Origin: Octopus bimaculoides | Taxonomy: Eukaryota | Assembly: GCF_001194135.2 (NCBI RefSeq) | Contig: NC_069000.1 | Span: 24,093,243 to 24,157,242 of the forward strand | Length of the DNA: 64,000 nucleotides | Direction of reading: 5' to 3' | Part shown: positions 13,171-26,497 of the stretch, one piece after another | How the letters are laid out: each line of letters opens with the position of its first letter | Numbering within the stretch: position 1 is the first letter of the stretch | Made by a program: the position numbers and the translations under genes | Notes under the pieces: generated by a model | The model's input: only the letters and a program-made list of their open reading frames with translations | Databases searched by the model: none | What the model was told of the DNA's origin: nothing

Positions 13171-13447
13171 ACAGATAACATAAAATTGTAGGCAGACAGT
13201 TGTCAGTTATACTGCTGGACTTTTAGACTTTTACCATATTGCCTTATTATATTGTCAAGTAACCTTTGACTGGCTCAGGGCATGTAACATTGACCTATGT
13301 CAAGTACCAAGACTGCTAAATCTTGACTTAAACTCCACACAGGTGTTTTTCAAGAATTATTTCAACACTTTTTAGTTTAATGTTGATAGTGCTGTGAAAG
13401 CAAAGCTTCCCTTCCCCCACCAACAACAACAACACTGTCATCATCAT

Positions 13448-13496
<49 letters not shown>

Positions 13497-13798
13497 GAAG
13501 TATTTTAAATGTAAATCTTTTGAACAAAAATGATCATTCAGAATACAGCCCTGCTTCCAGTAATCTGGAATGGTAACAATTACAGAATTTCTATTTTCTG
13601 TATATCTTATACATACACCATACATACCAAAATAAACTTATGGTAATGGAAAACAAAAAAACTCAATACTGATGCTAGAGTAATATAAACATTTTACAAA
13701 TCCGTAAAGCAGAAAAAACATGATTACAACAAGTACCATAGCTATTCTCAACATGCTTTTAGTGCTGTTGTAGGTATCTATCTATCTATCTCTCTCTC

Positions 13799-13821
13799 TC
13801 TATATATATATATAAAACTCA

Positions 13822-13860
<39 letters not shown>

Positions 13861-14750
13861 CCTGCATAACTTCTGAAGTTTGCAACTGATTTCCTTCAAA
13901 CTGGAACATGCATTACTTATGTTCCAGAGATGGTTTTTAGACTCTTAAAAGTTTTCACATAATGAGTAATGGGACCTCTGAGGCCAGAAAACCCCCTTTC
14001 CTTGGGTAAGTATGGCTACTATGGAGAAGGGAGGTAACTCTTTACGAAGTAACTTTTCTTAAAATTTGCTAAGATATTGATATTATTTAGCTTTTTTTTT
14101 ACTGACATTTCATTATTAACATACAATTAACATCTTAGTTTATTATGTCATATTGCTTGACATAATGTCTCCAAAGAAGAGGTCCTCCATTGGTCAAAAA
14201 ATGGCGGTAGCAGAGAAATTGAAAAGAAGGAGAGCAAATGAATCGTTACACGAAACTTCAATTAGACAATCACAAAATGCTGCATGTACAGCTACTACAA
14301 TAGCAATGGAAAGCGATGAGCAGCGTAGTATTCACCTGGCTGGGAATGCTGCATTAACATCTTTAGCTAATCACCACCCTTACCATGTCATTTCTTTCAT
14401 GTGGTGCTGTTGAGTGTGCTCACAGGCTTAATTTATCACATAGATGTAGTTCCTATGTCTGCTGATTGTTCAGTGTGGTAGCAGCAGTGCCAACAAGTGC
14501 AAAGGAGAGTATTTCCACCAAGAGTTTTTTGGTGCGTTCAAAAATCACATACCCCCTATCCACTTTTCCAAGACAAGGTTAGGGCCTGGAATCTTCCAAA
14601 CAGATGCATGACATGTCAGTCAAATTAGCCCTTCATTTACTCCACAAAGGTTTTGTTGTCAATGCTGCACTTCCCCATATCACGTTTCAACTTAACATAT
14701 ATACAAACTATGCCATTTAAATCCCGAGCAATGTTGGGTATGTCTGCTAG
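13799..14750 (+). mobile_element. Non-autonomous Helitron-like element
   Basis: 5' TC-TATATATATAAAA..; 3' subterminal hairpin cccgagcaatgttggg followed by CTAG|T at 14747-14751. ORF 14153-14413 (KRRRANESLHETSIRQSQNA..ESDEQRSIHLA) resembles the repetitive N-terminus of animal Helitron Rep/Hel proteins. Confidence 0.7.
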
Positions 14751-17480
14751 TACTGACTACAAAAATTAGGACATCTTAGCATTTTTTAGTGTGGTGACAG
14801 TTTAAGTAAAATTGAATTTGTTCTTCAGTGTATAGTTTAGCTTCAGTAGATGCATGCTTAAGTAGACACTAAATCAAATAGAAGTTTTGTTGCAAAGATT
14901 TCATCATCATCCCTTTTTTTTTAAAGACATTTTATCAAGTGCTTTTGGTCTTCTCCACAATATATTTTGGAGTAAATCAAAGTTTTATGATCAATTGAAA
15001 TAAGATTTATTTTATCATTTGATTACAATTAATAAAGTAATTTAGTTACTTTGTTTTATAAATTGTTTCAATAATTACTGCTGTAAAGTTATAGTTGGTG
15101 CAATTATTTGCAGTCCAAATGTTTCATTTGGCTTGAAATTGAGAATTTGAGAAATTTAATAAAATAACCAACTTTTTCATTATTAAGCAGATGCTTAGAA
15201 CCTAACTAAAAATGTCCTTACATAAAATAATATGGAGGTTTTAAAATAAGTCCTGAAGAGCTAGTGATTTAGTCTCAGGTGGATTTGCATCTAAAGGATT
15301 AAAGGATTGTGCTTTTAATGTTCTGTTCCAAAGCTTACTGGATATCTACTGTAATGTCTACACACACACACAATATTATTAATAACGAACCAAAACAAAA
15401 AGTACCAAGAAGAGCAGGTAGATGTCAGTCAAAACAAAGCTGGGTGAATAACTGATGGTAAAATATGTATGCCACCAACATGAAAACTGAAGGCCCTAGG
15501 ATAATCTAACTTGAAAAAAAATTCTTATCACACAAATGTATTGGGCATTTAACAGTCTATTGAGTGTTTTAGGTCCCATAGAAAATTTATCAACTTAGCA
15601 GAGATCTACTTCCAGGACATATAAATCCCTTCGTCCCAAAGGTTATGTTACTCGTTTTTGACAGCTGGATCAACTGAGGCAAAGTAGAAATAAGTATTCT
15701 GTCCAGATAAACAATAGCACAACTGCAGTGGATTTGAACTCAAAAACTAGGAGCAGATAGTTCAACTTGCTCCTCATTCTTCAGTTTTTTATTATGATTT
15801 ACATATTTCTATTTTTAAATGTGCGACTTAGATGCTATATATGAAGAGCATCTCCTTTGTGTTGTTGAAGAATGCATATGATTCATTAAACATGGGCAAA
15901 CAAGCAAGTGAAAAAGTATCTCTTCTTTTAAATCATGCCCCAATATCTTTAAAAAAAAATATTGGATAAAGTAGTCTGAGAAAAACTGCTTGAATAGATG
16001 GAAAGGTCACAACAATAATACCGTTATAGTCATAGATGTTGGTCAGGGTTAACCTGGCACTAAATGAAACGTCATTGCTGTACTCTACAGTACAATAAAT
16101 GTATTGGGATTTTTAGCTAACACTGTGTGTTATAATCTTTTCTACTCTAGGCACAAGGCCCAAAATTTTAGGGGAGGGGCCAGTCAATTACATCGACTCC
16201 AGTACAAACTGGTACTTAATTTATCGACCCCGAAAGGATGAAAGGCAAAGTCGACCTCGGTGGAATTTGAACTCAGAACATAAAGGCAGATGAAATACTG
16301 CTAAGCATTTCACTCGGCATGCTAACGTTTCTGCCAGCTCATTGCCTTTACTGTGTGTTATAATGAATGTAAACAATTTGTCTGTACAATATGAATGCAG
16401 GCAAAAAAAAAGGAAACAGCAGTATGTACATTTTGATTTTTTTCTGAGTCTTCATCAGCAGCTATCCACAAACACATAGCATATAAACCCATTAATATTA
16501 GAAAGTATATAAGGTGGCAGGCTCGCAGAATCATTAGCACACCAGGCAAAATGCTTAGAGGCATTTCATCTGTCTTTATGCTCTAAGTTCAAATTCCGCC
16601 AGGATCAACCTTGCCTTTCATCCTTTCGGGGGTGATAAAGTAAGTGCCAATCAAGCATTGGGGTTGATATAATTGACTTCCCCCAACTCCCACAATTGCT
16701 GGCTTTGCGCCAAAATTTGAAACCAATATTAGAGAGTATAGTAAACTGTATAGATCATCATCATCGTCGTTTAACGTCCGCTTTCCATGCTAGCATGGGT
16801 TGGACGATTTGACTGAGGACTGGTGAAACCAGATGGCTACACCAGGCTGCAATCTGATTTGGCAGAGTTTCTACAGCTGGATGCCCTTCCTAACGCCAAC
16901 CACTCCAAGAGTGTAGTGGGTGCTTTTACGTGCCACCCGCACGAAGGCCAGTCAGGCGGTACTGGCAACGGCCACGCTCAAAATGGTGTATTTTATGTGC
17001 CACCCACACAAGAGCCAGTCTAGGGGCACTGGCAATGATCTCACTCGAATGTCCTTACACATGCCGTGGGCACAAGTGCCAGAAAAGCGACGCTGGGCAC
17101 AGGTGCCATCACGATTTTGCTTTCGCTTGCCCCAAAAGCTGAGTTTCATGTCCAATGAAGGAGACGACGTTGGCACGGCTGCCAGTCGTAGAATTTAACT
17201 CGATTTTGATTTCACTTGCTTCAACAGGTCTTCGCAAGTGGAGTTTAGTGTCCAATTTAACTTGATTTCGATTTTAAGTGCCAGTCGTCGAATCATCAAT
17301 TTACATATTTAATATTTTCAGGGCAGCAAGATTGAACATTAAATTACTGGTGTGTTAAAAATGTTTCATTCTGTTGCTATAATGTACTATAGAACATAAC
17401 TAAAGGCTTTTTAGCCAACATACTGTTTATATTTGTTGTAACATACAATGTTAGTTAAAAAAAAAAAAATTATATATATA

Positions 17481-18388
17481 NNNNNNNNNNNNNNNNNNNN
17501 NNNNNNNNNNNNNNNNNNNNNNNNNNNNNNNNNNNNNNNNNNNNNNNNNNNNNNNNNNNNNNNNNNNNNNNNNNNNNNNNNNNNNNNNNNNNNNNNNNNN
17601 NNNNNNNNNNNNNNNNNNNNNNNNNNNNNNNNNNNNNNNNNNNNNNNNNNNNNNNNNNNNNNNNNNNNNNNNNNNNNNNNNNNNNNNNNNNNNNNNNNNN
17701 NNNNNNNNNNNNNNNNNNNNNNNNNNNNNNNNNNNNNNNNNNNNNNNNNNNNNNNNNNNNNNNNNNNNNNNNNNNNNNNNNNNNNNNNNNNNNNNNNNNN
17801 NNNNNNNNNNNNNNNNNNNNNNNNNNNNNNNNNNNNNNNNNNNNNNNNNNNNNNNNNNNNNNNNNNNNNNNNNNNNNNNNNNNNNNNNNNNNNNNNNNNN
17901 NNNNNNNNNNNNNNNNNNNNNNNNNNNNNNNNNNNNNNNNNNNNNNNNNNNNNNNNNNNNNNNNNNNNNNNNNNNNNNNNNNNNNNNNNNNNNNNNNNNN
18001 NNNNNNNNNNNNNNNNNNNNNNNNNNNNNNNNNNNNNNNNNNNNNNNNNNNNNNNNNNNNNNNNNNNNNNNNNNNNNNNNNNNNNNNNNNNNNNNNNNNN
18101 NNNNNNNNNNNNNNNNNNNNNNNNNNNNNNNNNNNNNNNNNNNNNNNNNNNNNNNNNNNNNNNNNNNNNNNNNNNNNNNNNNNNNNNNNNNNNNNNNNNN
18201 NNNNNNNNNNNNNNNNNNNNNNNNNNNNNNNNNNNNNNNNNNNNNNNNNNNNNNNNNNNNNNNNNNNNNNNNNNNNNNNNNNNNNNNNNNNNNNNNNNNN
18301 NNNNNNNNNNNNNNNNNNNNNNNNNNNNNNNNNNNNNNNNNNNNNNNNNNNNNNNNNNNNNNNNNNNNNNNNNNNNNNNNNNNNNNNN
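17481..18388. other. Assembly gap (N run) in a BBX intron; other gaps at 9620-9710, 39480-39529, 48046-48162, 52077-52645, 61637-61646
   Basis: N runs, most abutting microsatellites. Confidence 0.99.
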
Positions 18389-18587
18389 CCTACTGTCTTA
18401 AAGGACACATTGGATTATGTAGTTTTAGATAGGCTATGTCTGAAAAAAGAGACAGGTTGGTTACATCTGGAACACCTTTGATTATATAGTTGAGTTGGAT
18501 CAGTGTTTACCAATGGGTAATAAAGCAACAACAACTACTATAGGGTCTTGAATGGGTTAAAGTTTTCTAAAATGCACTTCAGCTTAC

Positions 18588-18765
18588 CTTTATTGAAGTC
18601 TTTATTGGCTTTATTGGTGATATCTGAAGAGATATTTGGTTTTGATGCAGGAAGTGGTTGGTCATCTCTGAAGGTAGGAACACAACTTGTATTCAGCAGT
18701 AAATTTGATTTCTCATAACTGTGCCACTTATAATCTGGATTGGCTTTCATAAAAGCATCCTTATA
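18588..18765 (-). CDS. BBX: BBX exon completing the HMG box (YKDAFMKANPDYKW...)
   Basis: Acceptor tttatctttccag|TATAAGGAT (phase 0) continues KQ|YKDAFMKANPDYKWH, the BBX HMG-box C-terminal motif. Donor AAAG|GTAAGC after 18588 (phase 1). 178 nt, open frame. Confidence 0.92.
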
Positions 18766-21339
18766 CTGGAAAGATAAAATTTATCTAAGTAAGAATCTAT
18801 GTTCAGATATATATATATATGCGTGTATTAATTATACTTGCAGGATGTATTTGTTTTATGGCTTAAAGGAAGAAAGATAGCACCCATGGCCTTTATGTTA
18901 GGCCTCCAAGAATGATGAGAGGAAAGGAGTAAGTTATCCTCTGACAAGAGACTTGGCTTGAATATTTGTACCCATGAGCAAAATGGTGGTGTTAAATCAA
19001 GTTGGGGAGTAAATCTACTAGCCAAGAACAGAAACAGTCCTTCAGTTGGACTTCCACACAGCTTCCATTAACTTGTTAACCCAAGAATAAAGCAGATTAA
19101 AATCAAAACCACATGCTTGTGAAATGAATTTCCCAATCACACAGTGATACCTTCATTCACACAAACTTATTTCATATACAGTCTAAATATTTCAGAAACG
19201 TTTACTGAAACAAAAATGGAAATTTGTGTTATGCTTCTTCTATAGCATTAGTTAACCACCCGAAATAGTTCCAAGATGAAATTAAAACTGCTTAACAGAC
19301 TCAGTTTACTGAAAACTTACAATTGCATTGTAATGTACTCCATATGTCTAGCATATATTCTATATGTTGTGTGTGTATCATCTTCATTTTTATTTTACTG
19401 ACCACTTTTCCATGCCCACATAGGTTGAATGGAATTTCTTGAGGTGCATCTTTTGTGGTTGGATGCTCTTCCTGTTACCAACCTATTTCCAAGCAGGGTA
19501 ATATTTTTCCATAACCAGATACATTTTCACAGAATACTAGAAATGAAGGACATCGCTTACACGATGGTGACACGCCTTTACAATTATCATGAAATGTCAA
19601 AGCAAAGGGACAGTAACACACACACACATGTATATAAATGACAGGCTTCTTTCAGTTTCTGTCTACCATATCCACTTGCCCAAGGTGCTATATGGTGGAA
19701 CTGAACCTGGAACCATGTAATTGGGAAATAAACTTCTTACCACACAGCCATGCCTGTCTGTCTGTCTACCAGACTGCATGAGTGTATGTATGTATGTATG
19801 TATGTATCTAGATAGATAGATAGAGATACTCACACATACATTCATGAACACTGACTTATGTAAAGCTTAATTTGAGGAAGCGATTATGTATATATTCTGT
19901 GTTCATTGAGCACATATTTCTCCGTGCTTACATAGCTTGGATAGGAATTGATTTTAAAGCTGGATACCCTTCTGGGTGCAAACTTTCACCTGCTTTCGAA
20001 GGGTTTTTTATATATATATACCATAGATCTTTGAAAGCTCTGAACAACCAGTGCTAATATGAACAAGGGGTAGCAACATTAGCATCACATCATTCAAATG
20101 TCGATAACTGAAATATCAACATTCCTACACATATATGATGGGCTAACACAGTTTCTGTCTACATGCCACACAGTGAGATTGAACCCAAAATTCTATGATT
20201 GTAAAGAGAACTTCTTAACTGTACAGCCATACACAGATACATCATCTTGCATTCCATCACACTGCATGGCACTTGAGGAACAAATGCCTTGCGTGTGGAA
20301 CTGGTTGACAGAGACTGTATGGAAATCTGACATACTATATAGCATTCTTTTTAAACCCCTAGCATTTACATTACTTTCTTAAATGTAAAGATTATTTATT
20401 CACACTATTTTGAATTAATCATGTATCATCTTGTAGTTTAGAGATTTCAATGATGCTGTTATGCATTTTTAGAATGACATTGTAAGGCAGATGTAAGAAG
20501 TTGGATTTGGCCAGTTTGAACATAAAACATAGAATATTTTGGGCAGGATGTGACCGATTTAAATGCTATAGGGTTAAAACAACAAGAATGTTGATCCTTT
20601 TGAAACCAAAGAAAAGTTATAGCACTTGAATCCTTTCAAATATATGCTTTGATGATAATGGGAGCTGAATTCTGAGTCAGAATAATAAGAGACGACATAT
20701 GTGCTTCTTGGCTGGCAGATTACATCACCACCAGACTTTAAAATCTTGGGTTTTACAGATAAAACAAATGGAGATAACTGGAGAGAAACTGTAGTCTTTA
20801 TTTTTTAATGGCTTAGTCAGAAGAGGACAGAAGTTATCCTCAGAATGGAGACCTGGCCAGAATACTTGCAACAGAGTAGATTCTGCTCAAAGTATCTAAA
20901 AACTAGGTGGTGGTGTTAAAGTGGGCGATGGATTAAGTATAACATCCAAGAGCAAAAGTAGTCCTTGAGACAAGCTCCCACAGTTTGTTTATCAAAGGCT
21001 TTAATGAATCTGAGGATATGGTAGAAGATACTGCCACATTGCCAAACCTGAATACACGCAATATATGTCTATATATAAAAGACAATGAGAATGATAATAA
21101 AATCTAAACAAACATATCAAACCCTACTGCACATTGTTAAAATGAATCAACAAATGAAGAATTATGTGATCAATCTATCTGATAGAAATCTCACACTAAT
21201 ATCTTAAAAAAGGGAAAGATATAATGGATTATGTACTCTAAGATACACAAAGCCTAAGGTAAAAAAAAAACAAAACAAAAAAAAAACTAGATTATAAGGG
21301 CTGAAATGCCTTTGATCATTATTATCTATTGACTACAAT

Positions 21340-23260
21340 TTGTATTTGTGTTAGGCACAATGATGAACATGCCACATATCCAGTCACCATTGTCTTAAGT
21401 TCATCCATCGGGATTTTTTTCATGATTTTTGAAAGAGACTCATATTTCAGACTGCTATGAGTTGATACCCACAGATGGTAGACGATTGTCTTCCTGCTAG
21501 TCTGTTGGTCAGCTGAGAGTAGGTCATCATAAAGTTGTTCATTGGTCACTTACCTGACCTTGGACTTAGTGAGGCTCCAAATTTCATACTCATAAAGGAA
21601 GATTAATCAATTGCTGCCAAGAAGGTTCTTGAAAAGCTGGAGGTGGTGGTGGTGCAGATATTCTTTATTACATTGAGTACTTTCCAGACAAAGCCTTTAT
21701 GCATCTTGATGTCCCTCTCTGGGCCCAGCATGAATGATCCTAGATATTTGTTTTCAGGAACTTGTTTGAGCAGAGCACTTTAAGTAGCTCACAAATTTAA
21801 GTAGCTCACAATCAACTATGTTGCACATCAGGTATTCCATTTTGCAGAAATCCAAGTGTAACAAAACTTTGGTTTCCATTTTTGACACATGATCACCTGT
21901 CTCACAGTGTTGATATATGTGGCCCTTAAGGGCTCAAAGGATATAAGATGCAATTTTATATGCCTTCAAGATCTTGATCAATTTCTCCCAATGAATTGAA
22001 TCAAATGCTTTCTTGAAGTCAACAAACATCAACACCAGGTAGATTGTTGTTCTTTACTTCTATTATTCTACAAAGAACCAGGACCTGTATGATTATTGTC
22101 CACTTTTCAAGGAAATTATTTTTGTAGTATCTCAACTTGGGCTCAAAGGTTGCACTAAATCTGGCTGAGGAATATTTGATAATGGAATTTTGATGAGACA
22201 CATATGTGATCCAGATGTGGGAACATGAACTATGTTGGAAAAGAGCCAATGTCAACATTCACTGGTGCTGTGTTGCAGATGTTTAGCAGGATGTCATTCA
22301 TATATCAATTCTTGAGCATGGGATCCTATCAAATATAGCAGTTTTTCCTTGGATAGAGAGTTCCTGACCCTTTTCAGCTCAGCCTTCGTTAATATGCCAT
22401 CATTAATGTGAATACCATTAAAGACAGTGGTCATATATCTCTCCTCATTGCTCATTATTAGACGTTCTTGAAGTACATGAATCATGTCTCCATCTGATCT
22501 TCCTACAGATTCGTCTTGCTCTGAACTTTCCTCTTTCGTAAGATATGCTTCACCAGGTTTCTTGTCTTTGTTAGCTGTTTTTACTTTGCTGATTTTCTGG
22601 GCCAGTTTCTCATTCTTTAATTGATCATACACTTCAGTTAAGTCTTGGCCCACTTGTCCCAAAGCTTGCCTGACTTGCTCATGCTGAACTCTCCAAAAGT
22701 AATCACTGACACTACTTTGTACCAACACAATGTCAGGGTGCTGTGAGAAGAAGACACTTTATCACTTCCACGTTTGCCTTGTGAATCACCAATAGTAATC
22801 AGTAATACTCTCTTCCCTTTCAACAAATGAAAATGATTCTGAACTTATTAGCTGTAGATCTCAGTCTGATTTGTGTCAAACAATTCTCTGATCAGATGAG
22901 ACTATAGCACTGCTTTTCATTCACAAGAATGTAGTCCACTTGTATCTTGGTCAGTATGACATGATTTTCATGAAGTCATTGAATATGGCTAACAAGTTAT
23001 GAGCCAGTATAGCTCTGACAGCAGCATGAAATTTCTTGTACAAGTTCTCTGCCTCCTCCTCATTGAGGAGCAAGTAGAACACTATGGTGGTTCTGGTAGG
23101 GTTTCTATTACTTCATCTAGAAGGAGGCATTTACTGAGTTGTCACTCCACAACACTCAGATAGTCAACATCAATTCAACTTCACCATGTGCAGAGTTCTT
23201 TGTCTGCTCCCACCAGGCTGAGGACATAAGGCAGATAGTTTCATTACTGAAAGCCTGAAT
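21340..23260 (-). mobile_element. Degraded RTE-clade LINE (APE endonuclease and RT remnants)
   Basis: MFVDFKKAFDSIHWEKLIKILKA near 22000; endonuclease-like NPTRTTIVFY..EEEAENLY..HNLLAIFNDF near 23000-23100. Many stops and frameshifts. Confidence 0.75.
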
Positions 23261-23319
23261 TTTTTTTATTGGGGTAGGCATGATAATGTTTCTATAATTA
23301 CAGGGTTGAATTCTGCTGC

Positions 23320-23761
23320 TACTGTATTTTCTGGTGTATAAGCCTCTATTTTTTACCTGGGAAATTTAGTGTGCAGCTTATAGAAAGGTGCACCTAATGT
23401 GTGTATTTTTCTAGGACTGGCCATCTAGCTTTCTTGCCATGATTTGTTCTTTTGGTCTTTTTGGTCAGTTGTAGTGAATCTTCTTTACACCATAAATGGA
23501 CCATGGATTCATTTATGCTGTACTGTCTTGCTGTGGCTCTGTTATTTTCTTTTGTGTAGTTGATACATTCTAACTTGAAGGCAGCTGTGTGACTCTTTCT
23601 CGGAAACATTTTGAAACTACATACATGTCAACAATAAAAAAGCTAGCTGCGGATCCATAGCTCTATAGGTCCTTTAAACACTGGTGTGTGTATATATGTG
23701 GATAAAACCAAAATTTTCCCCAAAATTCGGCCCTGGGGCTCAAATACCGAAAAATACAGTA
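23320..23761 (-). mobile_element. Internally deleted pogo/Tigger-like DNA transposon with N-terminal HTH remnant
   Basis: TIRs TACTGTATTTT at 23320 and AAAATACAGTA at 23751-23761. ORF 23394-23609 (RKSHTAAFKL..NRATARQYSINESMV..W...GKKARWP.LE) resembles a pogo transposase N-terminus. Confidence 0.75.
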
Positions 23762-25734
23762 CTTTGTGGATCAGAATCAGAAACAAATCATGTCTGCTTC
23801 AAAAGTTGACAGCACCAGCATCTTCTCATAACACAGTAAGAGTGTATATACTCAATCAGAGCCAACATATTAAGACAAGTGGTAAAGCCTGACATATGGT
23901 CCACTTTTTAGTTATTGCTGGGTTTGAAATGCAAGTAATAACAGAAGGAATTCTGGTTGCAGCTAATGCTGCAACCAGAATTCCTCGTTATGGTCACTAA
24001 TTTAGCATTTATCAATAATTTTGAAAATACAGATATTTGTAGGAATTATAATCACACATATCCTCAGTTGGATGTTGTTCATAAAATTAGCAGTTATAAG
24101 TTTTCAGTTTTATTGAGGCAACAGTGAGAGGCATACTTAAAAAAACACTACCAGCCACAAGGTTTCAATATATCATCTTTCAGTCAGTCAAGAATTTGGT
24201 AAATATCCTGAGAAATTCTGCAGTTTAAATTAAAAAAAAAAAAAGGTAAATTATGAAATTTTGTAACTATAGAAGAAAAGTAAGTCAAGGAATCATCGCC
24301 ATTCACTTTTAGGCCATTTTAACTATATAGGAGTCTCAAATTGTCTCCTATTGTTTCATTTTTAAAACAATAGAGAAAATCGTCGTTGTTTTCTTTTGAC
24401 ATAGCTTTTACGTTTGGATGCTCTTCTGATTATCAACCATTTTATTGTACAAGAAGAAAAAGGCTGTCTGTGACAGAACTAAGAAGACCTTTCTAACCCA
24501 ATGGTTACCTGAACTTTGACTCACAAAACACATCTACCCTCTTCACCCCACCTTTTTTTTTAAGGGAATGAAATAGCTGTTGTTTTAACAGAAGTAACAC
24601 ACACTAATATAAAAATAATGTATTATTTCCCTATAGATAGATCTTTTAAATGAAGGGCATCCAGCTGTAAAAACCAGACCAAAGCAGACACTGGAGCTTG
24701 ACACAGTCTTCTGGATACGAGATCCTGTCAAACCAGCCAACCTATGCTAACATGGAAAACAGACATTAAATGACGATGATACTGTAAAAAAAAAAAAGAA
24801 TAAAATTAGCTAAAGTTTGCTCCCAAAGAGACAGATTTCAGCTTGAATAGCCTGCAAATTGAAGACTCACACCGTTCTTGTTGTGAGGCTCTAGATCAAC
24901 CTTGATCAAGTAAACCATTGATGTGTAGGTAGACAGCTAAAAGACAATGTGTGTTGGAATCTTTATTGTTTCACCATCATTCCACTCATTGCTACCCAGT
25001 TTTCATTTCTAGCACTTCATATCCAGGTCTGAATTATCCACTACATCCAACCAACCAGTAAAATTTGATTTGAGGGAGATTTATTTGCATTTTTAGCAAA
25101 TTGAGTGACAATGTAAAAGCATTATTATCAGTTTAAGATCCTTGTAGTATATCTTGGAGTATGACTGTTTGGCAGAGTAAATCTTTCTCTAAACAACACA
25201 GACACTAATATTTGAATTTGTCAACCCAATCTGTTGCCCAGTCTAACACTACCATTTGACACCTTGGGCATCTTCAGCAGAGTCCACTCAGTTGCAAGCA
25301 TTTACAGCAGAGGTGTAATCTGAAGATAGATGCATTGTTGTCTCTTAAGTAGCAACATGAGTTTTTGTTTCTTCACTCCTCTCCACACAAATTTCTAAGT
25401 CCTACAAAACTTATGGTTGCAAACCGTTTTTCTCTGACTAAACACTGGTAAAGGTAGAGACAAGAGGGTAGAAGTAGTAAGGGGTTGATCTCAGGATACT
25501 GAGCTTTACAAAGTAAATAAAGAACTGCTAGAAAATTATCCATCCAACCTGTATCAGCATGGATAAGTAGGCATAAAAAAGTTGAAGCAAACAAAAGTTG
25601 AATAGAGTATGACTATATTGCAATGAGATTTTCAAGAATGCACTGCTTCCATATCATGGGTGATACCTGTTCCTATTTCACCAATTTTAGAGATTAAATA
25701 AATAAATAAATAATGGTTTCAAATTTTGACACAA

Positions 25735-26465
25735 AGCCAGCATGTTTGGAGGAGGGGGTAAGTTGATTATATTAACCCCAGTACTCAACTGGTACTCATT
25801 TTATCAACTCCGAAAGGATGAAAAGTAAAGTCAACCTTGACAGAATTTGAACTCAGAACATAAGGATAGACGAAATGTCGCTCAGTATTTTGCCCAGTGA
25901 GTTAATGATTCTGCCAGTTCATTGCTTTAAATAAATAATAAACAATAATTATGTTTTCTGAGTTAGGCACAAGGTCAGCAATTTTGAGTGGGGAGGGGAT
26001 TAGTTGATTACATCAACCTAAGTATTTGACTGGTACCCCAAAGGGATGAAAAACAAAGTTGATCCTAATGGGATTTGAACTCAGAATACAAAGAACTGGA
26101 AAATAATAATTCTTACTAATTTTGGCACAAGGACACCAATTTTGAGGTAGGGGTCAAGTCGGTTACATTGATTCCAGTGTTTAACTGGTACTCATTTTAC
26201 AGACCCCACAAGGATGAAAGGTAAAGTCAACCTTGGTTGCATTTGAATTCAGAATGCAAAGCCAGAAAACATGCCACTAAGCATTTTGTCTGGCATGCTA
26301 ACAATTCAGCCTGCTTACCATAATAACGATGATTTTAATATTCTGGTACAAGCCCAACAATTTCAGGGGAGGGGAAAACTGATTTCATTGACTCAACTGG
26401 TACTTATTTCACCGACCACGAAAAGATGAAAGGCAAAAGTTATCTCAACGGCATTTGAACTCAAC
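25735..26465 (-). mobile_element. Cluster of four tandem copies of a second tRNA-derived SINE family (ggcacaaggcc...gaatttgaactcagaa on +)
   Basis: The reverse complement carries B box GAGTTCAAATTCC. Other copies at about 9888-10060, 10075-10280, 16150-16345, 16515-16725(+), 40840-41055. Confidence 0.8.
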
Positions 26466-26497
26466 TAATAATAATAATAATAATGATGATAATAATA

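Noticed and set aside
17448-18408. Long ORFs in the ORF track spanning N runs (also 9468-9945, 47921-48574, 51944-52762)
   Set aside because: They are open only because N codons and (TA)n repeats lack stops.
22294-22728. 144-aa ORF suggesting a nested host gene or retrocopy
   Set aside because: It lies between endonuclease and RT remnants of a decayed RTE-clade LINE on the same strand.
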